Position numbers and translations under genes: made by a program. A stretch of 64,000 nt of DNA from Trichoplax sp. H2 (taxonomy: Eukaryota). Of the stretch, positions 27,901 to 38,595 are shown in pieces; position 1 is the stretch's first letter, and each line of letters opens with the position of its first letter. The notes beneath the pieces are model-generated. The model saw only the letters and a list, made by a program, of their open reading frames with translations. It was not told where the DNA came from and did no database searches. Location: contig NOWV01000220.1 in the NCBI GenBank assembly GCA_003344405.1, forward strand, positions 1 to 64,000. The letters are read 5' to 3'.

Positions 27901-30868
27901 ATACAATCCAACATCTTTGCTATATACACATATCTGGTATATACTGTATAAATACTACCATATATATACATACGTATTTCCTTAGCGAATAGGTGCAGTA
28001 AGTAGTAGTTAGTATCCTATAAACTGAATATTAATTAGTTATTATACCAGTAATTACACTTTGAATCCTAGTGTCGTTATTAGCGACATAATTTAGCTTC
28101 TTGAGTGAAATTTAATAGTTTGTAACTATTGTAAGCATAAGTTAATCGAAATTATCTTTTTTGCAGATACCAGCGAAACCAGACTCATACAGACCTACAC
28201 ATCAGGATTACGAGGACGATTGGTCAAGTAAGATATTTGATCATTTTAACGATCTCTTTTTTCGTTAATGTACTGTTTAATCACGTTTGTATTGTAAAAT
28301 TGCAAATAGATAATGACCAGGGTGGTGGATTTTGGCCGCAGAAATCGAATGATCGTAAGGAAGGTACTGCCGTTTTCATCTATAGCAAGGCTATAACTTC
28401 TTTCAGTTATACCTGTATTCCAGTACTACAATTATATTCATGTTTGCTATAATACAACGCGGCTCGACATTTCTATAAATTTTTGGTGTTGATGTAATAA
28501 CGCTTGAATTGTATTTCAGATGACTCCTCTGGAGGAAGATCATACAATACATTACCAAATCAAAGGAATCAAAATTCTTTTCAACCTATCCAACCTGTTG
28601 GACCCCAAAAGTCCTTATCACGTACTGGCAGTGTTAAAAGCTTAGGCAATGATTATAACCAAAATCAGTATAATGAACAGTATGATCCAAAATATCAACC
28701 ACGCTATGGTGATCACGAAGATTACAGGCCAGGAGGTGGATGGCAGGAAAATACTCGAATAGGAAATAGCCATTCGAAATCAACACCTTCACTCGCGCAA
28801 CCGGAGGATGATAATGAACCATACGGAAGAAATAAATATTATGACGATCGTAACGATAATCATGATTCGCATTATCGAGACCAACAGAGTCGTCCATTCC
28901 ACCGTGATGACAGCGATTCACGGAAGCCGGATAGTCGTAAATATGACGATGATACAGATTATCCCGCTAAAATGCCAGAAAAAGCAAATTTTAATGTTAT
29001 TGGTTAGTTATTAAATATTTTAGCGAGATCAACATTATGCCTTACAATTGAAATACCGGTACTTAACAATTTGTCTTTATACATATCATTTGTTTATAGA
29101 TGAAAAAGGATTAATGTTTGATCCGCCATCTAATTATAATATCCACGTAAGTTATATGGACATATTTAAGTGTTCAAAAAAATGCATTTGTCGTGTAGAT
29201 ATGAATTATAAGAAATTTTATCTTTCATTTATAGGATAAAACCATCCCAAAGTGTAAAGCAGTATACAGTTTTAAACCTGCTTCAAAAAGGTTAATTTAC
29301 AGTAGTTATAAATATTAATATAGAATTATTCACAATTGTTTATATTTACCTCTACATTTTGCTAATATACTGTACGTCATGCATTCATTAGGGAACTTGC
29401 CTTGAAAAAAGGAGATCTCATTATTCTTACTAAAAATGTGGACAAAAACTGGTATGAAGGTGAATTACACAGAAAACGAGGCATTTTCCCAGCTAATTAT
29501 GTCGAGGTGTGTAAAAATTACTAACCCGTACTTATGAAGGACTTAAGCTAGACTAAAATAAACACATTATTGACATAGAGTACTATGATTAGATGATCAT
29601 ATCGATTAATGTATAAAAACATTATTTTTTGTACCGTAGGTGGTGACATCTATAAAAGAAGCATTAGCAGCGCAGTGTGAGTATTCGCAAGATGGTTTAG
29701 GGCAAGCAAGGCGTGATTGCAACGGTATAACGAGCAAAGAATTATCATTTTCGAAAGGACAAATTATAACACTTTTGAAGCACGTAGATGCGAATTGGTT
29801 TGAAGGACGTCTCAATTCAAGATCTGGATTAGTGCCTAAGAAATTTTTAAATGTTCTTAAAGATGTAAAGGGTGCAGGAACGATGAAGCAAGCTCGTAAT
29901 AATAAGATTCAAGATTTTTCAGAAGCTAGTTCTCGGCCAAATAAGCATGTTATAGGATCTGATTCTAATCAATATAACCCAAAAGCTTACGGTCAATCTC
30001 GTGAATTTGATGATAACAACCAACAAGTAGATGATCGTTACGGCTATTACGATAGTAAACCGCAGTATCAAAGTGGTGATTACAATTATCAATCTCAAGA
30101 AAATGATCCCTACAGTCAAGATGGAAAATCAGGCCGAAATAGTTATTACAATAAGCAAGATTTTGATACAAGATCTGCAGGTGGACGCGACTTTGATACA
30201 AGATCTGCAGGTGGACGCGATTTTGACACAAGATCTGCAGGTGGACGCGATACCAGTACTCGTTATGAAGCAGGCGGCGATCCGTACGAAAGTAAGCCGC
30301 AACAGCGACAGGGTGGTGGAATAGACAATCGAAATAGTAATAATTACGGTGACTATAATCGCAGAAGCCAACGATATCAGTCGGAAACCGATTACAGTGA
30401 CAATCATAGTCAATCTGGTATACGAGCAAAAAATAACGAATTCGATCACAATAATAATACTAATTATTACAATGATGGAGCTGCGGATAACTCCAATTAT
30501 TCTCAAGCTAATACCGAAACATCAGAGAGGTAATTACTGTAGTATTTCCAGAAGTATTTTTAACTTGTTATAGTATTCTTATCTCGATAAATTGCTCATT
30601 CATAGGTATCGAGCATTTTATCCTTATGCACCAGAAAAGGAAGATGAACTAGAATTAATGGTAGGTGATATTATTATTGTGAAAGAAAAGTGCGACGATG
30701 GTTGGTTTGTTGGTTCATCAACAAGAACAGGTCTTTATGGGACATTTCCAGGAAATTTCGTAGAACCAGTCTGTAAGTACTGTTAATTAAACAAATTTCA
30801 TACTGTAGTCATCATTTGTATGCGTTGGTGTATAATAGCTTCACACTTAATTGTTAATTTTAGATTAG
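21940..30868 (+). CDS. PDZ + triple-SH3 adaptor, SORBS/CAP/vinexin-like with N-terminal PDLIM-type PDZ (~1206 aa, 14 exons)
   Basis: Phase-consistent GT-AG exons: 21940-22044, 25458-25609, 25739-26455, 26725-26834, 26953-27611, 28167-28227, 28310-28363, 28520-29002, 29100-29146, 29235-29290, 29392-29506, 29640-30529, 30606-30772, 30864-30868. [65 protein letters not shown]3-1: [35 protein letters not shown]...[11 protein letters not shown]3-3 has the SORBS signature [10 protein letters not shown]...GTFPGNFV. Confidence 0.85.
23755..23814 (+). repeat. 13-nt tandem repeat (T/C)ACTGTACTGTAG, about 4.5 copies, in intron 1
   Basis: tactgtactgtag tactgtactgtag cactgtactgtag tactgtactgtag cactgtag read directly. 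Confidence 0.85.
30159..30251 (+). repeat. in-frame 30-nt coding tandem repeat x3 ([10 protein letters not shown])
   Basis: gaYtttgaYacaagatctgcaggtggacgc at 30159, 30189, 30219; only synonymous differences. Confidence 0.95.
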
Positions 30869-32011
30869 AAATCCTGGTTGGCCTTATTTTCTAAAATGTG
30901 AACAGAAAATTTTTGGATAAACTTAAAAAAATTTGTACTTATTCTATGACGATGACATTTACTATATTCAGTAGTCATTTATTGGCATAACTAATTGATA
31001 ACAAGGGTTTCTTGATATCAAATTACTGCAAATATTGCAAGTATTTGATTACCTTTGGTGATAGTAATTATAACAGCGGCTTTAGCTTTGTTAACTATTT
31101 GCAATCTGCTATCAAAGAGGAGAATTATTTCTCAAGTTGTACAGGATATGACTGTAATCAACTCTGAATCTCGACGTAGAAAGAGAAAGCTTGACTAAGT
31201 AATTATTCACTAATAGCACAATGTATGGTAGGTTTGATTTCAGGATTGGTCATTATTATATTACTGTTATTATGATTAGTACGGTGACAGACAAAAGTCT
31301 TGCCATAATCCTTGGTTCTGTTTACCTGCTGATTAATTATAGCAATTACTTATAATTCCCTTTTCTTATTAATTTGAAAATCACTTTCGCACGTTAATAT
31401 CATGTAAAGGAGTACACGTTATATGTTGAAACGTATTCCCTTAATTTTATACGGTGCGTGCCTTATTTGCATGTTGCTCATTTTTAAATCGTATTCATGG
31501 GTTACAAACTTTTAATTATGTACATTATAATTATTAACAACATTTTTATGTCTGGTTTATTGGTTACTGTATGCTCGAGATTAAAATTATTTCTAACATA
31601 TACTGTACCATTAATGATACAGATATCTTGTAGTGCTTAATTAGTTAACGTTCGTAATTACTTAATTTTTAGTTCGATATTTAGTACTGTTTTAATTAGG
31701 TTTGCGGTACTTTACAAAATTATTTCATTATCTTGTAGCCATTGATTCTCTTATTATTAATTATTAATAAAATTCTTAGATGTGAAATATGTCTTATCTA
31801 CGTATGATACGATTGGCTTTTATTTTATGAACGTCTTATTCATTACTGTTTAATTATCATTGAGTACTACCGAGTTATTTTTTAACGAGGGCCAATATCT
31901 TTAGAGTTGGGAGTAAAATTCGAGTTGTTCTAGTGAAAGACTACATTTACAGTTAATAAAATGAATACTGTAGCATGTAAAATAAAAATTTTAAGCTAAC
32001 AGTACAGCTAA

Positions 32012-34895
32012 TTAGATATTTGCACTGACAGATTGCACAGAATCTGAAATGATCTTTGATAAAACTGAAGCAGAGTTTAAGCATCCATCAAATTTAGACA
32101 TTGCAAATGAGTCACCGCCAGCAATTAGTAAAGGAAATTCATTAAGAATGAAAGCTCCATTACAGTCATACGCTTGTATTACTTGTGAATATTCCCAGTT
32201 TACTAGTGTCGAATCATCTGCAGGCGGCAAACCAGGCATTAGGCCATTGAGATTTGTCAGTATTTTGTCTTTTACTGCAGCAGGATCGGTGCTTTGGTTC
32301 ATTTTACTAAAGCTGACACTGGTATGAACTACAATGGAGGTACCAGACACTACAATAAAAGAGAATGCAGCTGATTGTTGATAACTTGAAATTTTACAGC
32401 TCTTAATACAAGCTGTAGCCGAAGTACAGCAGAGCGATAAAATGGCTTCATTCGCATATTGTCATCGACTTTTCATCGATTGCCGTTATATACTCGTATT
32501 ACATATTCGATGTGCTATATACTACATATAGAAAGCTTATCTATATATTTTTTTTCACTAATTGTACATGGATTAATTATACATATTTATCGCACCCTAT
32601 TGGCTCTAAAACTGTTACAGTGCACTACAAATAAAAGCTATGCATTTTGCAATTTTCTACATAAGGTACACGAAAAATAATTGTACAATTCATCAGCACA
32701 TCAAGTTTAGGAAAAATTTTAAATTTTATTGTAAAATGCTGTAGTTTTTAATATGAAAAATTAGCTTCAGCAAAAACTGTAGTACGTCTATAATAATATG
32801 GTTCAGTATTGAATATTCGATAGCCGTGGTATTCTGTCATGTCTTCATAGATTCACAACTGGGTATTGACAGAATTATGTGCGAATATCGATTTGAGATA
32901 GCCCGTGTAACCCAAGATATTAACAGTGATACATTCCAAGAACTGCTTTATATTATACATTATCCAATATCGTATCACTGGCATATCTTATGCAACCAAA
33001 TCTACTTATACGTATATGCTCTGTGCTAGTTCATACTCATACAACGTAAATGAATCAGATAATCTTATTTAACATTTAAGGGTACCTACTCGTAATAAGA
33101 GTATATTAAATTGCTTGAGTCGTTAAAATGATGTAATTACCTGTAGATTCTCTTTTCTTCGTGTCCAGGCATATAAATCTTATACATGGGTTGGTGTTAA
33201 TATACTTTGCGCACCAGTTAAATTGATCGTTTAAGTTTTGGTTTTTATAAAACGCTGCTAGAGCATATCTGCTTGAATATTCTATTTTATTTTGGAGTAA
33301 TGTTTCAGCCTGCAATATTTTCCAAGAAAAGTGAGTAATGCTATTAAGATGGAAAGCAAAATTGCCAATTGCCATGATTCATACGAGTAAATTACGTTAC
33401 TATGCGATTATGAAATGGCACTTCGTGTATAGCTTGCAAAATTTTGATAAATTGATAGACTGTATTCTAAGTCACCTTTTCATATATTTTATATACTTCG
33501 GGAAGTGGTATCGTAAATACAACAATTTCAAAGTTGTCACTAATTCCTTCATTATAGTGCACTTCAATGGTATGAGAGGCTGGTCGTACTCGTTTAACAT
33601 GGCGATTACAAAAGGTTTTTGTTCCTGTGTAATCAGAAATAATGTTGTGAATATCGATTATAATTACCGAATACAAGTCGTAATCTACGGTTGAAATTAG
33701 ACCTGAATTTGTAAGAAAATGCTCTACAATGCTCGACATTCCTTTTGCAGCAACATAATTGATAGCATTGTGTTGTTTACGGTCACCTACGATGGTCTTC
33801 GTCAATGGAATTAAAATCCCTGCGTCGATTAAAGCAGAATAGATTCTGGCAGATTTGAAAGGTTAGAAAAAATTTTTTAAATTTTATATTGAGTGATATT
33901 GATATTTTGCCTAAATCATCATAAAGTAGATCAGGAGCTAAGTTCAAAATTGTGATAAAGCTACCAGTAAATGTTATACACGTAAACTGATGATAATTAT
34001 TTTTAATCGTATTTGAATATGATTACACGAGCGGTTTTAATTATACAGTATCTACATGTACTATCTACCGTTATAACAGAGCTTGTAAATGATAAGGTGA
34101 TTTCTTCATGCTTTGCTTTAAATCAAATCATATTACTGCGATATTAAGCGTGTCACGTTGTTAGTATGTCTTGAAACTTGTACGAATTTTGTTAGTTAGA
34201 ATAATTTTTGATATAATTAGTGGATTGAATAAATTTACCACTGCTCTGACACTACAATAGTGTCGAAAGATTTACCAGCTACACAGCGTTCATTTTTCAT
34301 AAGCAAATATCAGTACGAGCATATTTAAGAGGCATTATAGCGCTAAATTACTGTAGAGAAATATGCAATGGCCGCTCGCTTATCGAATTGGCCATGTGTG
34401 AGTACGAGTAGTTCTATTGTTGGCATATTGTCACTACGATGACAATGGTCGTTGAAAATTTTATACAGTATTTTAGGACTGCAGCACTACTTTTGAACGA
34501 GGTGAAGTAAATTGTTATTTATTCTATTCCACCTATTCATGTTGTCTTTTTATATAGTCTAAAGCAAGGTATCGTGAAATAAGAGCAGTCGAGTACTATA
34601 GCATTAGCTAGAGGTCTATGTTCAATCAACGTTTGTCTTACAACTTTTGAGACGAGATATGCTCGGTAGGAACGGTTGTAATATATTGAGCTCCAACATC
34701 CGCAGTGCACTGAGTGCTTTCACTACGAAAGGTCATCATTCTGCCTCCAACCGTTGCATCCTTTTCCCATACTTCAATAGGCATTGATGGGCAAATTTTA
34801 TGTAGGAAGTATGAAATTAAAGATGCTGTAATGCCACCACCGATTAAAAGGCATCTTGGATGACCAGCCGATTTGACTTGAGCTGCTGATGCCAT
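32012..34895 (-). CDS. RNLS: renalase-like FAD-dependent oxidoreductase (~376 aa, 4 exons)
   Basis: Exons 34895-34642, 33845-33476, 33309-33141, 32349-32012 join in frame. Motifs: CLLIGGGITA, VWEK...GGRMMT, ADVGAQYIT, NYVAAKGMSSIVEHFL, VFTIPLPEV, YSSRYALAAFY, IRFICLDTKKR, WEYSQV, GGDSF...FDGCLNSA. Confidence 0.9.
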
Positions 34896-36639
34896 TACTT
34901 GCTTTGGTTTATACTGCGAGATTTTTATGGATGATTATTTATTATTCTATGAACGATAATTATAATGATATATTCGTATAGGATGAATTCAACGTAATGT
35001 TGTAAACTACACTACCAAGTTGTGTTTGCAATTCTAGAGTAGTTTGAAAACATTAACTGTGCTGGCTGGCTTTGCATATGTTGATAGGTAGGCTGCAACA
35101 GCTAGCTGATCAAGGTTGCTTGCTAGCACCTGTACCTGCGTCCTTACGTCCATACTGCAGTACTGCAGAGTGCAGAGTGTATTATGACATATACGTTTGG
35201 CCTCCAGTGCTATTTTTCAGTTTACTACATTAATGATCATAGATCAGAGGCAGAGAATGTTGATTCTTGAAATATGAGGAAAAATGTTGACTTTCGATTT
35301 ACAATTCCAGCTGTTTATTAATTATTTCAGCTGTTTCTTGTCGTGAGATGAAGTTTTCAATCTGAATACAAGACAACATTCTGCAATAACACATTACAGG
35401 CACGATAGAATCTTTCGATGACTGCTAGGGTAGTAAATTGCTGAGAAGAATCGCCTCAATTGACTGCTGCTGTACACTGTACAAGATGTCAGTAATTATG
35501 TTTACCAAACTGCCAAATACGGCAAGAAAATTCATTAGATCAAAGCAGTTAGTATTTATTTCTTCTTAACGAGGACAGGAAACGCATCCTAGTCTATCCG
35601 TACTTGTATTTTATATTTACAGTATCTGAACGTCGGATTCGGTCCATTTCAGGGCGATTACAAATCTAGTCTATGAAATTGACATGATCCAGGCGTTTCT
35701 TGATAGTTATACCGCTTAGCTGAATCACATCGGGCTCTTGCCATCGTTAGAATAGATTTCATCGTTAAAGATGAGACTTTAAGATTGCCATGTCTCATAG
35801 TGGAATTCTTTACTGTATACCATACTAGTGCATTATGCAGTGTACGATAAATCTAGTCCGAGATTCTTAAAAGATTTCCTATCGATGTCGATAGGCAGAC
35901 ACAACAAAATTGAATCGATGTGATGACAAACAAATAAAACATGGCAATCATTTATATCCACTGAATTATAACTGAACTTATCCTTGATCTTGATGGCAGA
36001 TTCTATGAATGTTTATTATAACTTAGTTCCACACTAGTTACAATTTTTACTGCTTCGATGGATAGTATGTATAGTGCGAGCGCCATGTTTGCGATACTTC
36101 CATCATCATACCGTTTTGTAATCATTTGGTACTACAGTATACTTACAAGATATTGTGCAGTACTAAAATAGTAGACTGCTCCATACAGGAGTGAAATGAC
36201 AGTATGTTGTAGTGAATCATGATGATGATAATTCATGCAAAATTTTTTAGCACAGCACAGTGGCACGGCGATAGTGCAACAGCCATCCATAAGGTAATGG
36301 CAGACTATAAATCGACTCGTTAACTGATCGTAGATTGTTTCTCCTTACTGCTTATTCCGTTATTATTATTATTATCCACATTTGAATTCTGCAGCATTGG
36401 TTATTGTACTGGTTTTGATGCCTTTCAATACTGTAAGATACCATTTGGAATGAACTTGTGCAAAGACTAGCATGAGGAATGAGCAATCAAGTGAAAAACT
36501 GCTGTAGTGATGAACCGATGTCGAATTGAGTGTAGTCAAACAAATCGATTAAAAAAGACATTGTCGTTGTAAGTTAGCTGTGTAATTTTGAACCGATCAA
36601 AAGTTGTCTCGTTTTACTTTGAACTGAGTGCTTTACAGA

Positions 36640-38011
36640 ATGACTTTAACTGTCTTTTCGCTACCCTGGGAAGATGTTATCTTCACATCGATATTGCCTT
36701 TCTTGACCCTTATGGAGGTGTGCAACCTGCGCTTGGTCTGTAAATCATTTAATCAGCTATGCCTAGAATATTTCACTTGTTGTACTGTCTATGATTTAAG
36801 TCCATTTGCTGCATCATTACGTCATCATCATCTGCAATGGCTTCTTGGCTATAATCGTTTCATTCAATATCTCAATGTTTCCAATTGTAAGGATTTGTTA
36901 AATGATGATAATTTTATTCCTATTCTACGCCAAAATCAACATTTGAGACAGTTATGGTTATCTGGGTGCTCCAAGCTAACCAACGCCAGTATTGAATGTA
37001 TTGCAACCAATTGCCCATACTTAACTGAATTACATTTAAATGAATGTCGTTGGCTTTCCAAAGAGATTATCTTATTATTAAGTGCACATTGCCATCAATT
37101 AGAGGTGTTCTCATGCCGTGGATGCTGGGATATCGAAGACGAGTGTATTATATCCTTATCCATCAATTGTCCTAATTTAAAAGAAATTGACCTAGCATGT
37201 TGTTATGCTATTACCAATAAATCCATTTTTAATTTAGCAGCAAGATGTCATCGCTTAAGGCATGTCTCACTCGTGAGTTGTTGGCGTGTTACTGATACGG
37301 CTATCAAGAATCTAGGTGAGAAAAAATATCAAACTAGACGGTGTAGAATTCCTTGTCCATCATAATAATAATTCATTATACTGGTCAAATACCCGTTCAA
37401 ACTTTTGAACGGCAACGTATACCACGTAACACATTACACTAAAACAAAATTCAAAGCTAGCTTAGCAGACTATGTATATTAATCGTAAGTTTGTTATAGT
37501 ACAGATATACTTACTAATCAGCAATCTGCTATTCTGCTTTAAATTCATTATTGTATTGAAACGACATATAGAATAAATTCTATTTGCATGACGTTTTCAT
37601 GCCTTTAAACTTCTTTACTACTGTTACTGTACATGCACGCGTGTTTGCGAAACATTGCAATATCGTATAGACAGAATTACGTCTATAAATCGACAGCATG
37701 TCATCGACTTGATTTCATGTTTTATTTTATCTTTCTGAATAGGTGAGAACTGCCCAAACCTTGCTGTTCTTCACGTAGCTGATTGCCGTAATATCGGTGA
37801 AAAGAGTCTAGTTCCATTACATGAACGTGGTGTTCAGCTAGACGTACCAGCTACCCTCCGATTTTACATCAACGATCGCAGCTTTAATCATGGTTCAGCG
37901 TTACTATGATGTTCATCGTCTTAACAGCAAGAGCATACATCGTTCTTACAAGGATCGCATCCTATAGATATTGACTATTTGCAGCACCCGAATATTAATA
38001 TTCTAGTGTGA
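36640..38011 (+). CDS. FBXL15: F-box/LRR-repeat protein 15-like (3 exons)
   Basis: F-box start LPWEDVIFTSILPFL...LRLVCKSF, followed by cysteine-containing LRRs (LSGCSKLTN, LNECRWLS, CRGCWDIED, LACCYAITN, LVSCWRVTD). Exons 36640-37315, 37743-37843, 37928-38011; the last intron is inferred, otherwise the stop is at 37907-37909. Confidence 0.8.
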
Positions 38012-38595
38012 TATAGTGTGATACATCTTATTTTTGTACAGTTTATTTTATTTCCAGTAAATGTTAATTAAGGTAATTGTATTAGATTAGTGCTATGAAA
38101 GAAAATACGACGTATATATCACTTGAATACAAATTAACATCTAGAGTTGAGTATAGTGATATTTATTCATTTGGCCTATGAATCTTAATGATCGTTGTAG
38201 AAAGAAGTCTACATTATCATGTCATTAATCTCGAACTTTTATCATTATGACATCCACTAATATTTCCGTATAATAAAATTATAACTTTATTCTTCAAAAT
38301 TTGTCAATTAATAGTTGTAAATGATTCCCTAGTAATATAAAATAAGAAAGATAGAATGGAATCGACGGCCATCAGGTGCACTTCTACTTTGACTCACTCA
38401 TGTTAAGCATACGTAACATTTCAACATTGTGAGCAATTATTCCATTTTATTGACAACATTCAAATAGAGCACTTTAAAATCGATGTTTCTTTCACGTAAT
38501 CGGACAGAGCCAATGAGATAGGCTATTAAAATTGAAATTTTGGTAGGATAGCCTGATAGTATACTGTATTCATTAGCATTTTTATAAAATAATTA

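Noticed and set aside
27224..30506. Several antisense and alternative-frame ORFs over the PDZ-SH3 exons
   Set aside because: Shadows of low-complexity coding sequence on the + strand
34820..34850. Renalase dinucleotide-binding motif reads GGGITA rather than GxGxxG
   Set aside because: GxGxxA is a common tolerated variant; other motifs are intact
37907..37909. In-frame TGA in FBXL15 as possible selenocysteine or readthrough
   Set aside because: A TAA follows five codons later, no SECIS was seen, and an 84-nt intron explains it better
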